Assembly: GCA_028534125.1 (NCBI GenBank)
Contig: CM052818.1
Span: 21,268,001-21,332,000 of the forward strand
Origin: Lama glama
Taxonomy: Eukaryota
DNA: 64,000 bases
Reading direction: 5' to 3'
This document shows positions 1 through 12,269 of the stretch, in pieces. The notes below the pieces were generated by a model, which saw only the letters and a list, made by a program, of their open reading frames with translations, had not been told where the DNA came from and did no database searches. Numbering within the stretch: position 1 is the first letter of the stretch; every line of letters begins with the position of its first letter. The translations under genes and the position numbers were made by a program.

Positions 1-755
1 CAGCTCACCGAGGAGCCGTGGCGCCGGGACAGCGAGCGTCTACGCGGCTTCCACCGGCTGCCTAGCAGTCGAGATGCGCTCGGGCGTTATTTCTCGAGCG
101 TCCCTCCTTTTACCTAATCCCTTATGCTTTTATTCTAATCCCACACATTACAGTTAATCTGTAATGATACCGCTTCGGAGGAACCTGTTGCATAGGAGGC
201 CCGGTAATTTGTAACCTTGGAAACAGTTTGAAATAAAAATTGTAACAGTGATGTCAACTGTGTTTATTCCTGGCGCGGGGGGTAGGCTGGGGGCCCGGCA
301 GGCCCTGGGTGGAGAGGACGGAGTCTGGGAGAGAAGGGAGTCTGGCGCGTGCGGCTGAGGCGAATGGGCAGCGGTCCGGGCGGGAGGCCGAAGAGCATCA
401 GACCCGCTCCAGTTGCTCCCGTCCGGCGCCTGGTGTCTTTTGAGTTTCTCCCTTTGGGAAATCGCGTGATCTTAAACCGCGAGGCTCGGAGAGACAGGAA
501 CGGTTGGCACAATTGAGGAAAACTTGGTGAACTTGAACCACTGAGTATTGCGAATTAGCATTCAGCCCGGCCCTGCGCCCCTGAGAGGGACGCCGAAGCT
601 GCTGAGAGCAGAGAAAGGGCGGCTTGCAGGACCCTTCGGCTGCGGGAAGGCAGAGCCGCATCTGTACCGATCGCTCTGCGCTCCGAGCTTCCTCCTCTAA
701 TAAACACACCAGCAATTTCAGCAACAACAACCGAAAACTGTTCGCACACCGAAAG
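1..755. promoter_or_regulatory. CpG island (truncated by window start)
   Basis: GC-rich with dense CpGs at 1-100 and 270-690; abrupt switch to AT-rich sequence at about 760. Confidence 0.8.
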
Positions 756-3099
756 CAAAATTAAACATAATTGCTTTTATTTATCTATTGCTTTTATATC
801 ATTAAAATATTTTTAGTTACATTGTATGAAATAGCATCCACTCTGATTATTACCTGCCATATCTGTTGATCCGCTTTTTGAGTACTCAGCCCAGAAATAT
901 TAACAATTAAGAAAAAAAGCACATCTTATATATTGTATCTGTCAAGATATGTTACAATTTCCATTAACAAAAAACATTATTCTTGTTGAAGAAGCTATGA
1001 AGCATATCTTTCATGAACACTTTATTAATAATCATAGTTGTCAAAAAGAATTAGATATGCACAGATTGTAGATGCAAAGGAAATATTAGATGCACAGAAT
1101 AAAATATACAGTGGGATTGAGGCATAACTATTTTTCTTTTTAAAATAAATTTTTTACCCAGGTGTAAAAAAAAACTGAGCTATTAAGCTTACTTAAAAGA
1201 TGGCTTTGTTGGTTTAATTATACTGTAGTTATTTTATAAATATGTTTCAAAGGAAGCTTGCCATATTGCATGTCAATGAGGACTGTAAAGAAAAGCTCAC
1301 AAAAGCTAATGCATACCAAATACCAAATTTTAGTCATTAGCATTCCTATTTATTACAAACTAAAGAAACCTATTAACAGACAAGAATTTCTATTTAGCTA
1401 GCATTACAATGTTTGGCCATTAAAATAAAAAGGGCAAAGTATATACGTATTTTTCCCCTTGGAACTATATGTTCTTTTTGCCTAGAAGCTCCGGAGAGAT
1501 TGGAAGATGTTTTTCATTGGGGAAACACTGTTCTACTGTGGGGATGGGCCAGAGGACCCAAAACCACTATTTTTAGTTACCGAGCTTAATGCTATTCATT
1601 TGGAAGCAGCAACGGTGCAGGGCTGGGCTGGGCTGTGCAGCTTGCTGAGGGCTGCGTAGTAACCACAGTCTGTAAGGGGCCCTTTGTCTTTAATTTGTGT
1701 CAGGAGCATATGCAAATTATTAATTGTTTTTCCTCTGGGGGAGGGAGTGCATAGCAATGGTAATACTGCTTTTGTTTGGATATTAAAATTTCCTTAAATG
1801 CTCCCTGGGTAGGGTACTTCTCCCAATGCGATTCCCCTAGTTGGAAAGCCCACCACCTCAGTGAATACAAGCATATTAATTCTAGAAATGAGCACGTGTA
1901 GATTTGTCATTTCAAAAACCTTTTCCTTTGAGCAAAAGGGGCAATTCTGCTCTCACACCGGAAGTAAGTGAATATATAAATACATTTTTCTTCTGAATGC
2001 TGATAGTGGGGGGGGGGGACCTTTTCAATCATTCTTATATTTAGAAACTGTAAAGATATTTTTCTTCTTAAAATCGAGGAAGATTTTTTTCCCCTTAACT
2101 GGACAGGGAAGGAAGTAAATAATACAGGAACTGAAATGAAGCATTTAGGATGATAAGGGATATTTTGAATTATGTTAGGTGAGATTCTTTTAAGTGCACA
2201 ACAGGAAAAAAAAAAGGTACATGAATTTGTTAAACCAAGTGTCTCCAAGCTTAGTTTCTTCTGGCCTGACATTGGACTCAGACACGATGGGTTCTGCCTG
2301 CTTTGGTGGACTTTTTGCATTAAAAAGATTGTGAAATTGTAAGAAAGGCGCTTCTCTGAAAGGCCTGTATGAATTTGTATGAAAACAACAGGTATCAGAA
2401 GGAAGGGAATTCCTGAATTCCTGATTTATGAAAGAAAATCCGCCAAAAGTCATTAACATTTGCAAACTCCACGAAAAGTCTTAGCTTTCAACAGTAAAAT
2501 TCTCTGTATTGTGTTGGTGAGGGAGAAGTATTTTCTCTCATCAGTATTTGGGCAGAGGTAAAGGAGGGAAAATGTAATGATTTCTACAAGGCAAACTTTT
2601 CTTGTGGGGAAATAACGAAAGTCAGTATGTTAAGAAGGGAACTCGGGTGTCTCGGTACTGGCAGTTCCGGGGGAAAGAAGTGATCTCTCTCCACTTCTGT
2701 TCCATTATACCTGGACAAAATGTCAACTCCAAAGTTTTCTAAAGCGTATTTGATACAGAGGTGGGGGAAATTGCTTTAAATACCTAAGTGTATAAAAAAT
2801 GGTGACATTTGCCACAAAGGCCAGATCCACAAAGTTATTTGGATGATTTAGCTCCTCTTACTCACCCCAAATGAACCAGTCTGATTTTGCCTGGACTGCT
2901 GGGAGTGCCTATATTATTACCTGGATGGGCCACCCACTTGCCTCTCTCTCATCTGCATCTTTCCTTTTCATTGAATGCTGAGTACCACAGATAGCCAAGG
3001 AAGAGAAGGCTGTTTTCCATCTATTTAAACCAAAGTGGTTTAAATCTCAACGTGGGTGAAAGATAACCCTGCTTCCAGTTGCCTCTAATACCATTCCAA

Positions 3100-3360
3100 A
3101 GAGCATATTAGCAGAGACTATCTCAGTGATGCAGAGATAAGTAAGATAGAGACCGCTTTCTCAGGGAGCTGATACGTGTTGGGGGAGAACAATGTAGACA
3201 GGTCAGGACAGCAAAAAACCATGCTGTTCTCATGGGTGTCCTGGCTGGGAGCACACAGGAGGGAAGCATGGGAAAAATCTTAGTAGGCTTCCTGGAAGAG
3301 GTGTGGTTTGAGCTAAGCCTTGAAGTTTGAGTATGATTTGAGATAGTGAGGAGGATGACA
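3100..3360 (-). mobile_element. L2 LINE fragment
   Basis: aggcttcctggaagaggtgtggtttgagctaagccttgaag resembles the antisense L2 3' region. Confidence 0.6.
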
Positions 3361-4990
3361 TATAAGCAAAACTGGTATTCAGTTAAGATAAAGTGAGAGG
3401 TTGACATATGTAGGCATTTAAAAGTGCTTATTTAAAGGAATGAATGAAATTATTTAGAAGCCTGGTGATAAATTCCTCTAAACATTTCTCCCTAGGGTGG
3501 CCTGCCTGCTACGTTAACCTGAAGCTCTCTTCTCTCCCCACTTAATGTTGTATTTTTCCTTCCTTCAGGCTGAGGGAGCTCAGTTTGGGGTTACTGACGA
3601 TGTTTACTGACAGAATGATGCCCGTTAGCACCAGGAAGTGAGTGGAGGTTCTTACTCAGAGGAGACTTCTCCACAGGCACAGGTTCCCTGTATTGATGTT
3701 CTGTTTACGTTTTTGCAAGAATGAGGGGATTCTTGCAATTCTAAGGATTTTTTTTTTAAACACACCTTCCTCTTATGGTACCAATTTAATGTTTTGTTTG
3801 AAACATTCTGGAATGCAAAATGGTGAAAGGGGGCTTTTCAGATTTTTATACACAGAGCAGAGTCCACTGAAAATGGTCTCTGGATTAGAAATGAAGAAAC
3901 TAATTAGTGGGTGCCACTAATTAGTGGGTAAATAATGTGGTTCACTCAACCCAGCTTCACTTTTTCTCCCTGAGAGACAGAGCCAATATTGGCTACCTTT
4001 GTCTACCAGGCAAGACTTTGTTTCGGTTCTTTAAAGATGAAACAATAGGAAGGTAGGTTTTTACATAGCTCTGGCCTCCAGCAGTTGCAGGATTTGGGTG
4101 ATATTAATCAATTATGAACCGTTTTTCTTTTTCTCTCTCTCTCCTGGAAACAGACACTTATAAGTTTGAGCTTTAAGATACAAATTTTAAAATTATAACA
4201 ACCAGAAAAATAAACAATCTTGGCCAGTTGAGAAATCTACACCCATATAGTCTTTTCTTCCGAATGTGTTTCTATGCTTTGGTAGGTCTTTATGCCCAGG
4301 ACACGCAACACACATCAGGACACAGCAGAGATTCGCTCTTAAGAAAGTGCCTTAGCCGAGGAAAGCAGTGCCAAGCTGTACTGTGGGTCCGGCTCCGGAT
4401 CTCACATCTCCATTCTCCCAGCTGGATCTCCTCTCCTCTGCCCTCCCCTCCACCTCTGCTCCAGAAATCTGGCTTTCTTTTGCTTCTTTTTTTTTTTCCT
4501 AAACAAGCCACTGTTTCTTCCTAAACTAAGCATGAAAGTCAACAAGTTTAAGGCAATTCAATTTCAATAATAAACAGATGTCTTTTGCATTCCTGAAACC
4601 CAAGTAAAGGTCCTTCCCCGAGAAGCACCTCATTCAAAAGGAGGAAACACCAAGGATGATGAAGGATTTCGCAATAAGGGTAGTTGAAGAGAAGCCAGCC
4701 TCCCCTGCCCCCGACCCCCTGGCATCCATGTACGGTCCCTCTGAGTTCATCCAAGAGAAGCTTGCTTTCCCAAGAGCCCAACCTTTCCTGGTCATAAAAT
4801 GTGTTCAGCTCCACCGTGCGCAGGCTAGACATAGTAGAATGGTGTGAAGAGGGACGTCTGTCCATTAGTACATTTAGGGGCAGACTGGGGGATGTATGTA
4901 CAATAAAGGGCTTCTTGTATGGGAGCCCTGTACCACAGCATCTCGCCAATGAAAGCTGAACTGACCTCAGTTTGTGTGGGCCACATGCTT

Positions 4991-5024
4991 GTGTGTATGT
5001 GTGTGCGTGTGTGTGTGTGTGTGT
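4991..5024. repeat. (GT)n microsatellite, imperfect
   Basis: gtgtgtatgtgtgtgcgtgtgtgt... Confidence 0.95.
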
Positions 5025-7175
5025 TATATTTACAAGGCCAGATGAACTCACATTACTCTCAAAGTCTCTTGGTATCAAGGAGGAAAACAGTATTGGATGA
5101 CCTTGTGCGTATGTGTCGAGAAGGAGGAGCCCTCAGAGATTAGAAAAGGAAGAGGGGCTGGAATTTTATTTTAATTAGTCTCACATTTCCCCAGAGAACT
5201 TTTCTGAGAATGTGATCTTTCCCATTTACTTGTCTGCAGCAAAGCAAAGAGATTCATCAAGCTGGAGGAAGACTGGACCATTCTGACCCAAGCCGAATTA
5301 ATTCTGAAGAAAACTTGGCCCTGTCTTCCAGAAAACCTATGCTACATGAAGGCAAAGTCTTGACCCGGTCACCACGAATAAAATGGAAGCTGAATCCATG
5401 ACTCAAATTTTCCCGGTAACCAGAGGACACCAGGAAAAAAAGCCTTTTTTTGAAAAGCCTTTTCTTGAGTGAGAGACTGGAAACCCTGCCTTAAGAGTGA
5501 TCCACTCTTGATATGGGAAGCGAGGGCTGCACCCTCCAGTCCTGGTACTCAGGTCACATCTTCAACCACTGCCGATCACACCGTGAGGGAGGGTAGACTC
5601 AGAGCAGGAGAGGGGTCTGCAGCATCAGCAAAAGCAGCTAGAGGAAGGGGCGGGAAGAACCCGGAAAACACACCTTGGAGACAGCAAGTCCCTCCACCCA
5701 CAAAAGGAAGGCACCCACCTGGGACAGAGGGGGTTATTAAGTCCTTCCTTGAATCACAGCACTTATGTCCCCAGAAGATCTCCAACCCTCTGTAGTAATC
5801 TATAGAATACGTCAGGATGGGTGAAAAAGCTTTTTCTATCAAGTTTAACAACTTTCTGGTGTAACTTCTGAGAGGGCTGATTGCTTATTCATGCGGAAGC
5901 AAGACGCCCAGTTCATTTTGCCTGTTTTTGCTACTCTTTGTTGGGGTTGGGAGGCTGTTATGGTAGCTGCAAATGGCTTCTCAAGTGACATTTGCTGACA
6001 TTCAGTGAAGTACATTTATCAGTATTCGCCAGCTCACCTCTACACATGCAATCCATTTTGTTTTGTTCTTCATAGCAACCTCCTTTCCGAAACCCGTGCC
6101 CTGCAAATGATAAATGGCAAGGTGGCATATTTCTCAAGCTGCACTCAAATGTCACTGTGAAAAATCTTTAATGGACTAAGTGTAGCTCTTCACGTTACAA
6201 CTTGTCAGGTACTGAGAAATTCTAGAGTTTCTCCTTAATCCACAAGTCTTTGGAACCACACATCGGCAAGCAGAGACTAATTATAAGCTACACCAGTCAG
6301 ACCTGGGCAAGCAGAAACCAAGGACAAAACATCTGATATCTGAATTCATTTTTATTGTTATTCTCATTCCATTTTTGCTACTTCCCTTCCTACTCAGAGA
6401 ATATGCCAGGTATGAGTAATCTGTTACTCTAATTAAGTGGGTGACAGCCCCCACCCACCCCCACCCCATGCAGGCCTGTTACCCAGTTGTGCGCTCTGCC
6501 CTCTCCGTAATAGCTTCACTCTTCTCATCCAAGACTCCAAATCACTGGGACCTCTCCCCTCCCAAATAACCCTGATTCTGAATCATAAGTCCTGGCCATC
6601 AAATGTTGACCGTAATGGAGTAGTTCAGAGGCATCTAAGATGTCTGCCTAGAAAAGTCCTTTCTCCTGTCTCCCTAGGCATCTCCTTCAGGCCATCCTTC
6701 GAGGCAGTTGAGAATTTCACATCACCACCCCAAAGGCCTGTTCTTTTCCTTTCCCCGCCCTGTCTGCCTGCCTGTCCACCACCACCACCACGCTGTGCTC
6801 AGGCGAGCAGCCCGCAGGACTCACTCACCTCTGCACATGGCTTGCTCACTCGGGTTCCACCTTCTCAAGTGGTCTCTCTTCCCTGGAGTGTGCTCCAGCG
6901 TGGAATCAGCCCTTGCCCACCGTAGTCAGGGGAGACTTTGCTGATGTGCTTGTGTTTGAGATGTGTTCCAACGAGAGAACCATTATCAATTAATATTGAT
7001 TTTACAGTCAATGTTTGAAGGTCAGTGCAGCTGACCTAAAGCTAAGGGAAAGAATCAGTGCTGCTCAAAACTGTGCTAGCAAGTTCATCTTTGGCCAGAT
7101 GCTAAAGATTTCCCTTTTATTCCTGGCTCTTTAATTCCCACCCAAGTTCTAATCTTGGTATCTGCTTCTTAGACC

Positions 7176-7275
7176 NNNNNNNNNNNNNNNNNNNNNNNNN
7201 NNNNNNNNNNNNNNNNNNNNNNNNNNNNNNNNNNNNNNNNNNNNNNNNNNNNNNNNNNNNNNNNNNNNNNNNNNN
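7176..7275. other. assembly gap (100 N)
   Basis: N run. Confidence 1.
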
Positions 7276-7718
7276 TGTGTCTCCATTTTCAGTTCTTTTT
7301 GAAATCGAGTTATGCCAGAACTGGGCCAAGAATTTCCCATTTCTCACATCTTAGGATAAGGAAGAGAAATCAGTTGTGCCCCCAGTGGCCAGGCGTGGTA
7401 GGGCAGAAAGAGTATAGACACCTAAAAGCCTGCCCGGCGAAGGCGGGGCAGGGGTGGGCGGGCAGAGGATCCCAGGCAACTGCCTGGGGCTGACATGGAT
7501 ACCGGACTGAGTCAGGCCCTGGTACGAGTGGACCAATCATGCTTAGCAGGCCAAGACATATCCCAGGGGAAGACAAGATGTGTCATTTGTCCAAGTAATT
7601 TGAGCAGAGCTCACAATCAAACCAGAAATCGGAGGGGGAAAGTGTGTCTCCGTTTTGGAGCCCATTAAAAAAATCAAGTACAGGGTTGGGGGTTTTGAAG
7701 GCAATAGTTATATCTTTA

Positions 7719-7976
7719 AAAAAAATTATTGAAGTGTACTTGATTTACAATATTAGTTTCAGGTGTACAGCAAAGTGATTCAGTTATATATATACATACA
7801 TACATATATTTTCTTTTCAGATTCTTTTCCATTATATGTTATTACAAGAAATTGAATATAGTTCCCTGAGCTATACAGTAGGTCCTTGTTGTTTATCTAT
7901 TTTATAAACAGTAACATGTGTCTTCTTATCCCCAACCCCTAATTTCGCCCTCCCTGCCCTTTCCCCTTTGGTAACC
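7719..7976 (-). mobile_element. 5'-truncated L1 3' UTR (cetartiodactyl type)
   Basis: ttattgaagtgtacttgatttacaatattagtttcaggtgtacagcaaagtgattcag...; degenerate TSD caatagttatatcttta (7702-7718) / cagtggttagatcttta (7977-7993). Confidence 0.9.
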
Positions 7977-8709
7977 CAGTGGTTAGATCTTTATTTGTAT
8001 GGCTGTCTTGTGCATTTCTGTGACTTATTTTGGATCCAGAAGTCAAAAGATAGGAGATAGCCACTCCTGTTTTCATTGTTGGTATTGGCTATTCAATTGT
8101 TTCATTATTTCCCCCAAAAGAGATAGAAAGAAAGAGAAAAGAAAAGAAATGCTTGAATAGTTCTTTCCAAAATCAGTGGAGAGTCCACTGTCTCTCATTT
8201 GATGATCGAAACAACACCTGGCTTGGGTGTTGGACCTTGGAGGACATCTGTGACTACCAGGTACCTGGGGATAAGTGTCTGTGTATGTGCGTACACGTGT
8301 GGAGCTGGGCTCTGGAAGGGTTGGGGAGTGGAGGTGAGGGGGGCACCTTTCAGAGTGCAAGAAACTGTAAGGATGCCTGACAAATAAAATAACCTTTATT
8401 TCAATCCATAATTACAGTCTGCATGTAATAATTAACACAAGGTTGCTTTTCTAGACAATCTCATAAATTCTAGATATTCTTCCTTTTACTTAACCATTTC
8501 AGAGCACAGGTTAGGAAGAGCTGCACTGAAGTCCCTTTGGTTGGGTACATTCTCTGCAGGCGAAACCATGTCCACTGTGAATGGAGCTGCTTTCCTGCCT
8601 CTTGTCACCTCCCATGGTATGTCCTAGGCTAAGGCTGGGGTCTGCATCCTCCATCCAGGACCTCTCTCTCGGTCTTCCGTTGCACTGTCATGTGGAGTGG
8701 GCTGTCAAA

Positions 8710-9005
8710 TACTTTCTCTGGACATCTGCACACCTCCTGGCCTTCGCTTGTGCTGTTCTCTGTGCCAGAGACTTTCTATACTTTTGCCTCTGACCCCACC
8801 TTTCTGGCCCCTTGTCCTTTAAGCTCCCTCAGGCATTGACTCCTGCAGGAATTCCTTCCTTATCCCCACACCTGCAGCACCTCCTCTATCAAGTACTTAG
8901 TCAATGTTCTGCAACTTTTGTGTCACCAGGTGGCAAGCTCCTTGTGGCCCGGGCCACGTCGTAACTGTGGTCGTGCAGTAGGCTTACCAGCACTTACTGA
9001 GCAAA
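8710..9005 (+). mobile_element. L2 3' fragment
   Basis: ggccttcgcttgtgctgttctctgtgccagag...aagctccttgtggc resembles the L2 3' end. Confidence 0.55.
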
Positions 9006-9507
9006 TCCGCCACACCTCCTGAGCAGAAGGACAGGCAAAGGTGCAGAGGGCCTGTTTGGAAATGACAGGGACAGAGGAAATGACAGGTGTGTTCGGTACA
9101 CAGACGTGAGTTTAGTCTGGATCTATTTGTCCTAATCCCAGGTCCTTTCTGGCCAGGTCCTTTTCTCCTGAGCTCTCCAGGAAAACTGTGGTTTTCCTGC
9201 ATTTCCCCCATACCACCCTTCTTCTACCACCGCCCAGGGGACACGTGCTCCTGGTCAGCAACCTGGTCCCATGTCTGATTCAGGTCACAGAGCATCTTGC
9301 ACAATCTTCAGCTGTGTCTCTCTCCCATGGCTCCATCTTCTAGGCTCTTATTCATTCTGACTATCATCCTCTTTGGTTCATCCTTTACACTCTCTTTTCT
9401 GCCTCCTGCCTAACTGCCTGACTCTGCCTCGTATCTGAAGTCCCACCACAGTTTGTTTTTTGAGAGAGAGCAGGCTGCTGCTTACCCGTAAGAGGCTACG
9501 CACTGCT

Positions 9508-9727
9508 CCTGATCAGGCAAACTGTGGCAAGCAGCCAGATCCGTGTACACCTGTTTTTGTAAATATAGCCTTATCAGAGTCCCAGCCTACCTGTTTATTT
9601 CCACGTTGTCTTCAGCTGCTTTCCTGCCGCAACAGCAAAGCTCAGGGGTCGTGACAGAGACCACACGGCCCCAGAGCCTAAAATATTTACTGCCTGGCCC
9701 TTTACAGAAAGAGTGTGCTGATCCTCG
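9508..9727. mobile_element. MER58A-like hAT-Charlie MITE
   Basis: ggcaaactgtggc...cctgtttttgtaaat...gcctaaaatatttactgcctggccctttacagaaa follows the MER58A consensus. Confidence 0.85.
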
Positions 9728-9769
9728 TTTTAGATTATGGAGGGTGTTTGTATGTGGATGAGAACGCTG

Positions 9770-11200
9770 CAGTAAAGATGAGGAACTGAGGCTACTAGAG
9801 CAAAGGGGTGGAGGGATCCTAGGGGCAAAATCCTTGAGAAGGAAACAGGAAACAGGTTCCAGAGCCCAAGTTAAGGATGGGGTTTTGATAGGAGCGAAGA
9901 CATGTCATTCGTTGACACAGGAAGGAAGGCAGTATGAATACAGATGCAGGCAGGTGGGACGATGAGGGTGCTCCCACCAATTGCTTCTATTAGCTCTGTC
10001 TTAATGAAGTGTGAAGCGAGGTCACGAGCTGGAAATTTGAGGGGTGGGCAGTGATGGAGGTTGAGGGACAAAGGAGAAATTGTAGAAAGTGGGGACATGA
10101 GCCTATGAGGACATTTTACTCGGATACCTGCTCAGTGTTGTGGCCGCAAGTTTAAACGAAGGCAGTGAGCACAGCGGTGCGGTACTCTCCATCAGCGCTC
10201 GTCGGCTCCAGTGCAAGCAGGGGTGGCTGGCTTTAATCAGGGTTGGGGATTTGACAGGCAAGTGTGATGGACGTAGAAAGGGGCAATGGACTTCAGTGCA
10301 ACGGGAACAACTGATGATAATGGCAGTTCAGGAATCTAAATTGGCGAGGAGGGGTAAGGAGTGAGAAAGGTGAAGGCAGTAGAATAGTGGGGGGGTTGTC
10401 AATCAATAGATTGGAGGTCATGATGAGGTTAAAGCATTTTTGGAGACTATGAGAGCTGGAAGGATAAGAGGTCAAAGAATGGGGAGCTTGATGGGCGGAT
10501 TCCAGAGGTGGAGCCATTCCATCTAGAGCGTGGCCATGGGAGTGGGAGGCTGAGGTAAGTGAAGCAGTCAGGGAGGTCAGAACACTGAGTGGCCACCCAC
10601 ACTTAGCTAAACTGGGGACAGGCAATGATGTGGAGAGGAAGTGAGTGAGTGAGGGCCAGAATCTTCAATGGGGTTGGGGCAGGGAGGTGACTAAGAGAAC
10701 AGCAATAAGGGGGCAGAAACGGAAGATAAAGGGTAATGGCCACATTGTCAAAGTGGCAGGGGCTTTGAAAGGAGAGTGGGGAGTGATCTGGAAGTAGCAA
10801 TGGGAACAGGACGGATTCCATCTCACCTCCGACTCAGTGGTGTATGGCACGTGGGAGGTGAAAACAACTTCTACCTAAGAGGGCTGCCAATTAAGGCCCC
10901 AGGGAGGATGAGATGCAGTAACATCAAAAGAGAAAAACAGTCCAGAAAGTTACTGAAGAGATAGGAGCTGTGCGGGTTTCCAGAGTCCCTCGATGGAAGG
11001 ACTTGGGACGGAGGTGGGGATAGGAGGCAGGGAGCCTGGGTCAGATTAGGGTGGACAAAGCCATACTGAGTGAGGTCTGGGAGGTGAACTGGCAGACTTG
11101 AACTTCTGGGAAGGACCAAATTGGCAAGGACGGGTAGACATAACAGGATTCAGTTATGAAAGTCTCCCTGAGGAGGATGGGTGGGAAGCACTGGGGCTCC
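9770..11200 (-). mobile_element. L2 internal fragment including ORF2 endonuclease region
   Basis: L2-like antisense sequence; minus-strand translation SASHSHGHALD (10521-10555) resembles the THxxGHTLD motif of L2/CR1 APE endonucleases. Confidence 0.65.
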
Positions 11201-11629
11201 AGATTATCTCAGTATCTACTGCAGCTCAAGGTGGTGTGCAGTGTGAGGGTGGCGGGGGTCTCCCCGAGGCTCTGTCATCTTAGGCAACATGCAGGGGGAG
11301 GGGACTGGGGGGGCCACAGCACCGAGAGCAGTAAACACCATGATTGCCTAACCCTGGTGTAGCAGAGGGAGGAGGGGGGACAGGGTACTCCCACAGGAGT
11401 GCTGATCATCCCCATCCACATGCTTCAGTAAAGACACCCCGCCAGACACCACCATCACAGGTTCCTCCCTCGAATCTAATGACCCCTCATTACCGCCCCA
11501 TTTACCTGCTTCTCTTCAACATGAAACAATCCCAAAGAGCTAAGGATGTTGTCAGGTCAGCCTCCTGCCCCCACCCCTCCACTAAGACAGCTTTTCTCAA
11601 GGACATGCATGTGGCAGCCATGCAGGCCT

Positions 11630-12190
11630 TCTGAGTGTTTTTGAACATGCCAAGTCCCCACCCGATCCTCCCACCTAACACCTTTCTTCGTATCACCTCC
11701 TCTCTGCCTGGAGTGAGTTCCCCTCACCTTTTCATTGTTGGCTCTGCCTGTTGAATCAGCTCCAGTGCTCCTTCTGGGAGACTGCCCCGAGGGACACTTA
11801 GCTTGGCTCCTGTGGTCACTCTGTCTCATCATCCCATTTTACTGTCTTCATGGCACATCTCACCCTCAGAAATGATCTGCCTGGGGGTGGGGGAGAGGGT
11901 ATAGTTCAGTGGCAGAGTGTGTGCTTAGCATGCATGAGGTCCTGGGTTCAATCCCCAGCACCTCAACTAAAATAAATAAGTAAATAAATAAACCTAATTA
12001 CCTCCCACCTAAACAAAATTTTTAAAGAAATGATCTTCATTTAATTGTTGATTTCTTTATTTTCCATGTCCTCGATCTAGAATGTAAGCCCATGGAAGCA
12101 GGGACCTCCTCTGTCTCCTTCACTGCTATATCCTCAGCATCTAAAACATTGACTTGCTCCTAGTAGGTGCCAATAGTTATTTGTTAATAA
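11630..12190 (+). mobile_element. L2 3' end interrupted by a SINE
   Basis: ctagaatgtaagcccatggaagcagggacc...cactgctatatcctcagcatcta...tagtaggtgccaatagttatttgtt. Confidence 0.75.
11879..12025 (+). mobile_element. tRNA-Ala-derived camelid SINE (vic-1-like)
   Basis: gggtatagttcagtggcagagtgtgtgcttagcatgcatgaggtcctgggttcaatccccagcacctc plus A-rich tail; TSD agaaatgatct at 11868-11878 and 12026-12036. Confidence 0.9.
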
Positions 12191-12269
12191 AATTAGCCTT
12201 TACAATAGAACTCTTTAACTCGAGAACACATAAGGTAAGATTTGTCTACAGGGATAACTAAGAACCCTT

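Noticed and set aside
264..758. ORFs within the CpG island
   Set aside because: Low-complexity Pro/Arg/Gly/Leu products expected from GC-rich DNA; no recognisable domain or exon structure
4548..5078. 176-aa ORF, and similar ORFs at 6437-6925, 21587-22084 and 39953-40495
   Set aside because: No homology I can recognise; several cross microsatellites or repeats; lengths compatible with chance
5965..5979. 15-mer agctgcaaatggctt also found inverted at 63555-63569, with a similar sequence at 34019
   Set aside because: A few 15-mer matches are expected by chance in a 64-kb self-comparison
8922..8937. CTCF-like motif gtcaccaggtggcaag
   Set aside because: Imperfect match inside a decayed L2; no other support
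11891..11966. tRNA-Ala gene (also 36106-36177)
   Set aside because: A-rich tails, TSDs and stem mismatches show these are SINE heads
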